Part shown: positions 53,442-61,020 of the stretch, in pieces | How positions within the stretch are numbered: the first letter of the stretch is position 1 | Layout: each line of letters opens with the position of its first letter | NCBI GenBank assembly: GCA_046715765.1 | Contig: JBKJYH010000048.1 | Span: 1-61,020 of the forward strand | DNA length: 61,020 nucleotides | From: Candidatus Limnocylindria bacterium | GTDB taxonomy: Bacteria; Chloroflexota; Limnocylindria; QHBO01 | Direction of reading: 5' to 3' | Made by a program: the position numbers and the translations under genes | Notes under the pieces: model-generated | The model's input: the letters and a program-made list of their open reading frames with translations, nothing else | Told to the model about the DNA's origin: nothing | The model's database searches: none

Positions 53442-54661
53442 CAGGCAACCTCCTCGTCGGCGGGGTGGGTCAGATCCACCACGGTTCCGATCCGTCCGTG
53501 GGCCACGATCACGTCCAGGGCATCACCCGGCGTCACCTGGCGGGGGTCGCGCACCAGGGTCCCATCCGCCAGCCGGGCAACGGCGTATCCGCGTTCCAGG
53601 GTGGCCGAGGGCGAGAGGGCGCGGAGGGCGTCGCGGATGCCTTGCAGGGTGGCGCGTTGCCGCGAGGTGCGCGCGGTGAGCGCTCGCTGTCCTCGGTCCA
53701 CGAGGTCCGCGGTACGCTGCCGAGCGCCGGCAAGGTCAGGCGCCCATCGGCGCAGGGCCCGGCCCTCGTCCACCCAGCGCTGGCGGCGAGATGCGACCTG
53801 GTTCCGGATCGCGGCATCGCCGCGCTCGCGCAGGCGACCGAGCACCCCGGGCAGGACCGCAAGGTCAGGAACGGACTGCTCTGCGGCGGCCGACGGAGTC
53901 GGCGCGCGCAGGTCGGCGGCAAAGTCGGCCAGTGTCACGTCACTCTCGTGTCCGACCCCCACCACGACGGGTACCGGACAGGCCACGATGGCCCGTACCA
54001 GGCGCTCGTCATTGAATGCCCACAGGTCCTCGAGCGATCCCCCGCCGCGCGCCAGGATCACCACGTCCACCCCGGCATTGATCACCCGGTCGAGGGCGCG
54101 GACCACGGCGCCCGCAGCGGTCGGCCCCTGCACGATGGTCGGCGAGAGCACCACTTCGGCCACCGGGTAGCGGCGCTCGATCACGTTCAGGATGTCGCGC
54201 CACACGGCGCCGACCGGCGAGGTCACAACTCCTATCCGCCGTGGCCAGCGCGGCAGCGGACGCTTGCGCTCGTCCGCGAACAGGCCCTCCGCGGCGAGGC
54301 GCGCGCGGAGTGCCTCATAGCGCGCGTGCAGGTCTCCGGCACCGGCCGGGGTAAGCGACTCCACGTACAGTTGGTACACCCCCTGCGGCTCATACGCCCG
54401 CAGCCGGCCGTGGCAGACGACTGCCATGCCATGTTCCGGCCGGACCATGGCCCGCGCCAGTTCCTCGCGAAAGAGGACGGCACGCACCTGGCTGGCCGCG
54501 TCCTTCAGGGTAAAGAAGCAGTGCCCTGATGGGGGGAAGCTGGGCTGGCTGATCTCGCCCTCGACCCACACGTCGCCCAGCTCAGGGTCGCCATCAAGCA
54601 GCGCACGGACGCGACGGTTCAGATCGCTGACCTGCCAGACCCGTCCCGAGGACTCGAGCAT
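53438..54661 (-). CDS. xseA: exodeoxyribonuclease VII large subunit
   Basis: Trimmed to MLESSGRVWQVSDLN (10 nt after the efp stop). It has an OB-fold N-terminus (VWVEGEISQ) and a '..ARGGGSLEDLWAFN..' motif. Confidence 0.9.
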   Translation of the reverse strand: MLESSGRVWQVSDLNRRVRALLDGDPELGDVWVEGEISQPSFPPSGHCFFTLKDAASQVRAVLFREELARAMVRPEHGMAVVCHGRLRAYEPQGVYQLYVESLTPAGAGDLHARYEALRARLAAEGLFADERKRPLPRWPRRIGVVTSPVGAVWRDILNVIERRYPVAEVVLSPTIVQGPTAAGAVVRALDRVINAGVDVVILARGGGSLEDLWAFNDERLVRAIVACPVPVVVGVGHESDVTLADFAADLRAPTPSAAAEQSVPDLAVLPGVLGRLRERGDAAIRNQVASRRQRWVDEGRALRRWAPDLAGARQRTADLVDRGQRALTARTSRQRATLQGIRDALRALSPSATLERGYAVARLADGTLVRDPRQVTPGDALDVIVAHGRIGTVVDLTHPADEEVAW

Positions 54662-54671
54662 TGGCGCGCCG

Positions 54672-55232
54672 CTACTGGATCCGGGTGACATAGTCGCCGG
54701 TCCGGGTGTCGATCCGCAGCAGGTCCCCGGCGTTGACGAAGAGCGGCACCTGGACGACACGACCGGTCTCGAGCGTGGCGCCCTTGCGGGCTCCGGTGGC
54801 GGTGTCTCCGGCGAAGCCGGGCTCGGTATCGGTGACCCGCAGTTCCACAGAGACAGGCAACTCGACGCCGAGGACCTCGGTCTCGAACATGCTGGCGAAG
54901 ACCTCGGCGCCCTCCTTCAAGAACGAGGCGTCGTCGCCGAGCATCGCGGAGCTGACCGCGATCTGGTCGAAGGTCACGCTGTCCATGAAGTGGTACGAGT
55001 CGCCATCGGTGTAGAGGTACTGCACCTTGCGTTGCTCGACGCGCGCCCTCGGCCAGCGGGTACCCGCCTGGAAGGTGCGCTCCACGATGTCGCCGCGGCG
55101 CACGTTGAGGAGCTTCATGCGGACCTGCGCCGAGCCGCGGGCCATCTTGATGTGGGTCCAGTCGAGGACCTTCATCAGCTGGCCGTCGAGCTCGATGATC
55201 GCGCCCTTGCGGACCTCGCCGGTGCTGATCAT
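54672..55232 (-). CDS. efp: elongation factor P
   Basis: 186 aa. It has 'MISTGEVRKGAIIELDG' and a typical EF-P three-domain length. Confidence 0.95.
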   Translation of the reverse strand: MISTGEVRKGAIIELDGQLMKVLDWTHIKMARGSAQVRMKLLNVRRGDIVERTFQAGTRWPRARVEQRKVQYLYTDGDSYHFMDSVTFDQIAVSSAMLGDDASFLKEGAEVFASMFETEVLGVELPVSVELRVTDTEPGFAGDTATGARKGATLETGRVVQVPLFVNAGDLLRIDTRTGDYVTRIQ

Positions 55233-56359
55233 GCGCGGACCACGACCAGGTCGCGGTTCGAGGTGGTCAGCCTGCGCAGGCCCGAATCGGTCAGCAGGTA
55301 GTCGTCCTCGATCCTGATCCCCATCCGTCCCGGCAGGTAGATCCCCGGTTCGATGGTGAATGTCATCCCCACCTCCAGTGTTCGGCCAGTCTGCCCTGGA
55401 TAGCCCAGTCGCGACAGGCTCGGAGGTTCGTGCGTGTCCAGGCCGATGCCGTGGCCCAGCCCATGGCCGAAGGGCGGCGCTCCACCCGCGGCGATGAACT
55501 CGACAGCGGTGGCGTGGACCCGGGTGCCCTCGACGCCTGGATGAATCGCCTCTTCGGCGGCTCGCTGCGCCCCGGCGACCAACTCGTACAGGTGGCGCGC
55601 CTCGTTCCCGGGCTCGCCGAAGAAGACGGTCCGGGTCAGGTCAGATTTGTACCCGTCCACCTGCGCCCCGAAGTCGAGCAGGACGCAATCGCCCGCAGCC
55701 AAACCTGCGTCGGACGGGCGCCCGTGTGGCATCGCCGCCCGCGCGCCGAAGAGCACGATCGAATCGAAGGCGAGCGCCTCGGCCCCGTGGTGACGCATCC
55801 AGTCCTCGAGTTCCGCGGCGATCTCCAGCTCGGTGACGCCGGGTCGCAGCCGGGTGAGCAGGTGCTGGTAGCACCGATCGGCCAGGTCGCAGGCGCGCGC
55901 CAGCGCCGCCTGCTCGGCAGGATCCTTGATGATTCGCAGCTCGCCGAAGGCTGCGTCCACGGGCAACAGAACCGTCTCGGGCGCCGCCTCGGCGATGGCG
56001 GCCCAGGTGGCATGGCTGACGACCGCGGCCTCGGCCCCGCAGCGGGCGATCCGGTGTTCGGCGAACAGGTCGGCCAGCTCCGCGGGCAGCCCACGGGTGG
56101 TGGAGACCAGGGTCCAGTCGTCCGACTCGACCTGGGCCTGCTCGGTGTAGCGGCTGTCGGCCAGGATCAGTCGCGCTTCGCGAGTGATCAGGAGCGTCCC
56201 GGCGAAGCCATGGCCGGGGTCCTCGCCGCGCAGCAGGATGAAGCCGGAGAGCCAGCGCTTCAGTGCCCCGCGGCTCACCAGCAGGGCGTCGAGTTCGAGG
56301 GTGTCCAGCAGCACGCGACTGCGCGCCAGCCGGCCGGGAGCGATGGTCTGGACGCTCAT
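55229..56359 (-). CDS. M24-family Xaa-Pro aminopeptidase
   Basis: The 468-aa ORF was trimmed to MSVQTIAPG, whose ATG overlaps the mltG stop (ATGA). '..HGLGHGIGLDTHEPP..' and '..TIEPGIY..' are pita-bread fold metal ligand motifs. Confidence 0.85.
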   Translation of the reverse strand: MSVQTIAPGRLARSRVLLDTLELDALLVSRGALKRWLSGFILLRGEDPGHGFAGTLLITREARLILADSRYTEQAQVESDDWTLVSTTRGLPAELADLFAEHRIARCGAEAAVVSHATWAAIAEAAPETVLLPVDAAFGELRIIKDPAEQAALARACDLADRCYQHLLTRLRPGVTELEIAAELEDWMRHHGAEALAFDSIVLFGARAAMPHGRPSDAGLAAGDCVLLDFGAQVDGYKSDLTRTVFFGEPGNEARHLYELVAGAQRAAEEAIHPGVEGTRVHATAVEFIAAGGAPPFGHGLGHGIGLDTHEPPSLSRLGYPGQTGRTLEVGMTFTIEPGIYLPGRMGIRIEDDYLLTDSGLRRLTTSNRDLVVVRA

Positions 56360-57687
56360 CCGGCCGGACACTCTGCGTTGGCCCGCGCGATGTTGGCGTT
56401 GTGCTGGGCGAGGGTCACCGCGAAGTAGTGCGATCCGTCGCGCACGCCGCCGGGGCAGGCGGCGACGAAGAAGAAATAGCCATCCGCGGTGTTGGGCGCC
56501 GCCACCGCGGCGATCGAGGCGATGCGCGGCGCCGAGATGGGAGAGGGCGGGAGCCCATCGTGGGTATAGGTCTGGTAGCCGATCAACTCCTCCGGCAGGA
56601 CCACGTCTCCCCCGCCGGTGAGCAGTTGTGCCCACCAGGTGATCGATCCCCAGTTCGATACCGCCGCCGTGCCGTGCTCCGCAGTCGCGAGCCCATATTG
56701 CAGGGTGGGGTCCGCGTCGAGGCGCCAGCCCGGCGTGGTGAGGCGGTTGAGATAGGCCCCCGCAATCAGCGGCCGTTCGGCGTCCAGCACCGCCTCGCGC
56801 TCGACGATCGAGGCCAGGGTCATCGCTTGGTGGATGGTCATCGGGCTGCCGCCGATGGTGGTGGCCGCGATCTGGGCCCGGATCTCGTCGGTCAGGCGCA
56901 GGCCAAGGGTGCCCAGCAGCTTCTCGACCAGCTCGCGCGCCGTCGCGTTGGCATCCACCCGGTAGGTATCGGGATAGAGGTATCCCTCCAGGCTGGCCCC
57001 GACCGGCAGGGCGGCCAGGAAGTCGTGCGACGCGATGAGGTCGCCGGGCGGGTTCTTGGCCAGGGCCGCGAACTCATCCACGTTGAGGGTCAGCCGGGTG
57101 GTGGCCAGGTAGGCGGTGATCTCTTCCAGCCGCCAGCCCTCGCGGAGGGTGATCGTGATCTCTTCCCCGGCCTCCTGGCGCAGGGCGGCCACCAGCTGGC
57201 TGGGCGTCATCGAAGGGGACAGGTCGTACACGCCGGCCTGCAGGGACCCTTCGCGGCCGGCGCGCCGGACCGCCTCCTGAAACGCGAGCTGATTGCGGAT
57301 CAGCCCCCGCTCCAGCAGCAGCGCGCCGATCTCGGCATCAGTGGATCCGGACTCGACCGTGATCGTGATCCGCCGCCCGTCCTCGCCCACGGGCGTATCG
57401 GCCAGGGCATCGGGTTGGTACCACACCACGAAATCACGGATCAGCCCGTTCTCGATCGTGCCGGGGTGCTCCTCCACCCAGTTCATGAGGCTGGGTGCCA
57501 GCAGCACGAACCCGCCGAACAGGGTCAGCCCGGCGAGGACTGCCACGCCGCCGAACCAGGCTGCGACGACCAGCGGTTGGAGGCGCCGACGGCGACGGCT
57601 CGGCCCATCGCGTTGGTCGCGGAGTTCGCGGATCCGCGCGTTGCGTCGTTCGTCGGTATTCCAACTCGGATCGGGTTGGCGACTCAT
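56356..57687 (-). CDS. mltG: endolytic murein transglycosylase MltG (YceG-like)
   Basis: 443 aa with an N-terminal TM helix. '..LREGWRLEEI..', '..LASIVEREA..' and '..YQTYTHDGLPPSPISAP..' are YceG signatures. Confidence 0.85.
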   Translation of the reverse strand: MSRQPDPSWNTDERRNARIRELRDQRDGPSRRRRRLQPLVVAAWFGGVAVLAGLTLFGGFVLLAPSLMNWVEEHPGTIENGLIRDFVVWYQPDALADTPVGEDGRRITITVESGSTDAEIGALLLERGLIRNQLAFQEAVRRAGREGSLQAGVYDLSPSMTPSQLVAALRQEAGEEITITLREGWRLEEITAYLATTRLTLNVDEFAALAKNPPGDLIASHDFLAALPVGASLEGYLYPDTYRVDANATARELVEKLLGTLGLRLTDEIRAQIAATTIGGSPMTIHQAMTLASIVEREAVLDAERPLIAGAYLNRLTTPGWRLDADPTLQYGLATAEHGTAAVSNWGSITWWAQLLTGGGDVVLPEELIGYQTYTHDGLPPSPISAPRIASIAAVAAPNTADGYFFFVAACPGGVRDGSHYFAVTLAQHNANIARANAECPAG

Positions 57688-58115
57688 GCAGGTCCTCGGG
57701 AGGCGTCCAGGTATTGTTGCAGGATGAGCTGGGCAGCGGCCGAGTCCAGCTCGCCGCTGCGTCGAGTGGGACGCCGCGCACCTGGTCGGCGCTCGGCCGC
57801 GAGCCGCTCCCCGGCCTGCCAGCTGGTCAGGCGCTCATCGCTGTAGACGACCTCGAGCCCGGCTGCGGCGAGTCGCTCCCCGAACCCGCGGACCACCACC
57901 GCCTGCCGTCCCTCGTCACCGCCGAGATTCAGCGGCAGCCCGAGCACCACGGTCTCGGCACCTTCCGCGTGGGCCAGCGCGACCGTGGCGGCGACCGCCG
58001 GGTCAGACCCCTTCACCCGAAGGGCGGGTCGCGTGAAGGCAAGGCCGGTCTCGGTATCTCCCACCGCCACCCCGATCCTGCGGCTGCCGTGGTCCAACCC
58101 AAGGATGCAGCTCAT
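57684..58115 (-). CDS. ruvX: Holliday-junction-resolvase-like nuclease RuvX (YqgF)
   Basis: Trimmed to MSCILGLDHGSRRIGVAVGD, whose ATG overlaps the upstream stop (ATGA at 58112-58115). Confidence 0.9.
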   Translation of the reverse strand: MSCILGLDHGSRRIGVAVGDTETGLAFTRPALRVKGSDPAVAATVALAHAEGAETVVLGLPLNLGGDEGRQAVVVRGFGERLAAAGLEVVYSDERLTSWQAGERLAAERRPGARRPTRRSGELDSAAAQLILQQYLDASRGPA

Positions 58116-59716
58116 GGCGACGCCGATGGGCTGGCCGAAGGCGAGGGCAGCGCGGTCTCGACGGTGACTCGGAACGCAAGGCTCGGGACCCGATCGACCC
58201 AGCCGGGCCACAGGTCGACCTGCGCCGTTCCCAGGTGGGACAGCGCCTCGACCGCCTCGGCGGCGGTCAGCCCGGCCGCCAGTTCGCGGACGATCTCGGC
58301 GTCAACGATGGCGGCGGCTGTGGCCCGCACCGTTACTTCTACCTGGATCGATTCCTCAGAACCGCTCGCCGCCACCACCTGGACGTCGATCCGGCTTTCG
58401 ACGATGGCCGTGCCGGGCGGGGTGGAGGCGGGATCAGCCAGCAACCGATCGGAGGCGGCCGACTCCACGTCGGTGCGCGCTGCGTACGGGCGCGCGAAGG
58501 TCAGGCGGCCGGTCAAGGTGAACTCAGTCAGATCCTCGCTGCCGACGAGGGCGACCGGGATCTCGACGGTGGGTTCCTCCGGGCTTGCCGGCACGAGATA
58601 GATCCGCTCGGGGTTCTCCGCCAGCCGCGCGGCAAGGTCGGACAACAGCGCGCTGCGCACGTTGGCTACGAGATCGTCGACGTCCTGCTGGGTCACCACG
58701 GTGTGGGGCTGCTCACCGCCGCCAGCGGTCGGGTCAGGATTAGTGACGATTCGGTTTGGGTTGCTCGCGGAAGCCCGCAGCTGGGTCCGGAGTTGACGGT
58801 CCACCACCGAATCGATCTCCCCGGCACCCACGTTGCCGGAAGCGCCGCCATCGCGAGCAGTGACCGCCACTGACGCAGTACTCGCAATGATGGTGGGCCC
58901 CACTCCGAAACGCGCTGCCGGGACCACGACCGCCTCGTCGGTCGTGAAGACGACCTGTCCTGCCGCCACCTGACTTCCCACCGGAGCGCTAACTGGCGAC
59001 GAGGGATTCCAGTTGCTGAAGGTCACCGATCCGGTCGCGGGCACGAGCTCAATCCGCTCCCCGGTTGGCGTCCCGATGAGCTCGGTCGAAAGCTGGCCTC
59101 GCTCAGTCCCAGCCGCCGGTAGGCTCAACGCGTATTGGATCGGCCCCACCCCCACGCTCGCCGGAGTGATCCGGATGGTGGCCGATGGCAGCAAGACGGC
59201 GCCGCAAACCAGTGCAACCACCAAGCCCACAACCCCCACCCCGACAAGGCGGCGCGGATCCGATGAGCGCGGCTGACGAGTGGCGCCATTCGAGGGCTTC
59301 GCCTGCCGGATAGGCACGGCGACCGTTTCCTCGCTGACCGGGCGCCGGCCCGGAAGTAACAACCCGGACCCCGTGGGCTCCGGCCCCCGGACCACGCGGA
59401 TCGAGGCGCTGGTCGGCTCGACCGGCCCCACCGGCACAGCGCCTTCGACCGACGCCTCGGCCAGGGAGGCGAACGCGGCCAGACCGGCCTGGGCGGCGAG
59501 TGCTCGGCCTGCCGCGTCGGCCACCAGCACGACCGCGCGCCCGCCGTCCGCCGCCGCCCGCGCCAGGAGCCGAACCGCTACGCCGCTTGAAATGGCGCGG
59601 CAGCGCCCCGGCGCCACGATCACGACCCGCCCCGGCTCGACCGCCCGCAGCCGACGAATCACCGAGGTGATCTCGTCATCGGGCTCCAGGTACAGGAGGC
59701 GGTCCGGATCGGTCAT
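58112..59716 (-). CDS. bitopic membrane protein: conserved N-terminal cytoplasmic domain, TM helix, large extracytoplasmic domain (baseplate-J-like segment?)
   Basis: 534 aa. The N-terminus is 'LYLEPDDEITSVIRRLRAVEPGRVVIVAP', with a TM helix 'LVGVGVVGLVVALVCGAVLL'. The motif 'DGGASGNVGAGEI' is reminiscent of baseplate J/gp47 annotations (recalled). The tail is PSPSASPSASP. Confidence 0.65.
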   Translation of the reverse strand: MTDPDRLLYLEPDDEITSVIRRLRAVEPGRVVIVAPGRCRAISSGVAVRLLARAAADGGRAVVLVADAAGRALAAQAGLAAFASLAEASVEGAVPVGPVEPTSASIRVVRGPEPTGSGLLLPGRRPVSEETVAVPIRQAKPSNGATRQPRSSDPRRLVGVGVVGLVVALVCGAVLLPSATIRITPASVGVGPIQYALSLPAAGTERGQLSTELIGTPTGERIELVPATGSVTFSNWNPSSPVSAPVGSQVAAGQVVFTTDEAVVVPAARFGVGPTIIASTASVAVTARDGGASGNVGAGEIDSVVDRQLRTQLRASASNPNRIVTNPDPTAGGGEQPHTVVTQQDVDDLVANVRSALLSDLAARLAENPERIYLVPASPEEPTVEIPVALVGSEDLTEFTLTGRLTFARPYAARTDVESAASDRLLADPASTPPGTAIVESRIDVQVVAASGSEESIQVEVTVRATAAAIVDAEIVRELAAGLTAAEAVEALSHLGTAQVDLWPGWVDRVPSLAFRVTVETALPSPSASPSASP

Positions 59717-59718
59717 GC

Positions 59719-61020
59719 CTACAGCCTGAGCGACTGGACGGCGCGGCGCATGGCGCGCTGCGATGGGGAGGTGATCGCGTCGATGATGATCGCCTGGTGG
59801 ACCAGGGCCATGGGGGTCACGTCCTGGCGGGTGGTGAGCAGGCCGGTGCCGTCATTCACGCCCTGCACGTCGGCAGGGGTGAGGGCGGACAGGCTGGGCT
59901 GGCGCGAGAAGGGAAGGCGCCGCCACCAGTCCCCGGTGTTGAGCGCCTCGCTGATCTGGGGCAGTTGCGCGCCACCCCCACACAGCAGGACGCGGGCCGG
60001 CAGCAGGTCCGCGCTGGCAAGGTCACCGATCATCAGTTCGACGCCGGCGAGCCAGACCGCGGCGTCCTCGCGCAGGCCGTCGTTGAGTTCGTCTCGTTCC
60101 ACTGGCTCGGTGAGCTCCACTCCGACGCTGCCGGCCAGCTTGAGCGCCTCGGCCCGGGCGAACGACAGGTTGAAGCGCTCGGCGACGCCCCGGGTGAATG
60201 CCCGCCCGCCCAGCGCCAGCATCTTCGTCCCCCCAATCCCACCCTGGCGCACCAGCGCGACGTCGGTCGTCCCGCCGCCGACGTCGATGAAGATCGCGCC
60301 GCTCTCCCCCATCTCGCCCGCGTCCAGGCAGGTGGCCACCGCGTACGGCTCAGCGATGACGCCCAGCAGGTCGAGGCCGAGGCGGCCCGCGACCGACTGC
60401 AATGCACCCAGGTGGACCATTGGGGCGAAGGCGTTGAAGATCGCCAGTTCGATCTGCGAACCAGTGAAGCCGATCGGGTTGCTGACGGCGTAGCCGTCAA
60501 TCTTGATCTCGACCACCGCGGCGTGGACCAGTCGAACGTCGAGTCGTTCGAGCCCGCTCTCCCACGCGATCCGCCCTTCGGCCTCGGTGAGCGCCGCAGC
60601 CTGCGCATCCGCCACGATCCGGGCGAATTCCTCTTCGTCCAGGGGGCGGTGCGCCTCCGCGCGCCTCACGGTCCCGACGGTGGTGGTGCCCTTGACCAGC
60701 TCGCCGGCGATCCCGACCACGCCCACCGCGGGACGGCGCCCGGCCATCGCCTCGGCCGTCTCGAGGGCCCGGCCGCAATTGGCCACCACCGCGTCGATGT
60801 CGCTGACCGTCCCCGACTGCATGTGGGCCAGCCCCTGCGGTTCGCGACCCACGCCCCGGACCACGCCCATCAGCCCGCCGCCTGGCCCTGGTTCGACGCT
60901 GGCGACGAGGACCTTGGCCAATTCGGTGCCGATGTCCAGCGCGACCAGCGCCGGCGGTCCGCCGCCAGTCGAACGGCCGGCCGCCAATCGGTCGAGCAGC
61001 CGCTGCACGGTGCCCATCAT
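59719..61020 (-). CDS. actin-fold ATPase, FtsA/PilM-like (may continue beyond the window edge)
   Basis: 433 aa. It has 'LDIGTELAKVLV' (phosphate 1), 'IFIDVGGGTTDVALV' (phosphate 2) and 'LLCGGGAQLPQI' (adenosine) motifs. The ATG lies at the very last codon of the window, so the true N-terminus is unverified. Confidence 0.75.
   Translation of the reverse strand: MMGTVQRLLDRLAAGRSTGGGPPALVALDIGTELAKVLVASVEPGPGGGLMGVVRGVGREPQGLAHMQSGTVSDIDAVVANCGRALETAEAMAGRRPAVGVVGIAGELVKGTTTVGTVRRAEAHRPLDEEEFARIVADAQAAALTEAEGRIAWESGLERLDVRLVHAAVVEIKIDGYAVSNPIGFTGSQIELAIFNAFAPMVHLGALQSVAGRLGLDLLGVIAEPYAVATCLDAGEMGESGAIFIDVGGGTTDVALVRQGGIGGTKMLALGGRAFTRGVAERFNLSFARAEALKLAGSVGVELTEPVERDELNDGLREDAAVWLAGVELMIGDLASADLLPARVLLCGGGAQLPQISEALNTGDWWRRLPFSRQPSLSALTPADVQGVNDGTGLLTTRQDVTPMALVHQAIIIDAITSPSQRAMRRAVQSLRL

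Noticed and set aside
1-61020. Search for CRISPR arrays, rRNA, IS elements, toxin-antitoxin pairs, restriction-modification or other recognisable defence systems, riboswitches (TPP before dxs, Moco before moeA).
   Set aside because: I saw no spaced direct-repeat arrays other than the 40.6-40.8 kb motif (four copies, irregular 18-36 bp spacers, one copy inverted). There are no transposase, nuclease or methylase signatures. The 5' regions of dxs (49 nt) and moeA (11 nt) are too short to hold the respective riboswitches.

Overview
This is a high-G+C (about 70% by eye, not computed) bacterial chromosomal segment that is almost entirely coding. I count about 66 protein genes and 3 tRNAs (Val-GAC, Arg-CCT, Pro-GGG). 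I see no rRNA, CRISPR array, IS element, transposase or prophage. The gene order is the conserved housekeeping synteny of Actinobacteria-like monoderm bacteria: tlyA-nadK...xerD...scpA-scpB-rluB/cmk-plsC-ispH, der...gpsA, efp-pepP-mltG-ruvX, dxs, xseAB, nrdR-dcd and etfBA. Genes sit in long co-directional arrays with many ATGA/GTGA/TGATG start-stop overlaps. Most long opposite-strand ORFs and N-terminal ORF extensions in the six-frame track are therefore high-GC artefacts. I trimmed these using stop/start overlaps, conserved N-termini and SD-like motifs. The non-routine parts are: (i) a copper/redox operon at 11.2-17.1 kb, with a CopC-CopD-cytochrome c fusion, a variant CopC, a lipoprotein, an uncharacterised Cys-rich polytopic membrane protein and CcdA, which is my best candidate for an undescribed system; (ii) an actin-fold FtsA/PilM-like ATPase paired with a 534-aa bitopic protein upstream of ruvX-mltG; (iii) an ArsA/Get3-type ATPase with an HSP20-like tail plus a small helical protein wedged between der and gpsA; (iv) a helically phased array of four 22-bp repeats in the only large convergent intergenic gap (40.55-40.83 kb); (v) a relic of a malic-enzyme N-terminus in the other large gap (35.03-35.25 kb); (vi) a large secreted protein with three Cys-pair SLH-like repeats next to tRNA-Pro; (vii) an rluB-cmk gene fusion. 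All family assignments are motif-level recognition from memory. No searches, folding or statistics were run.
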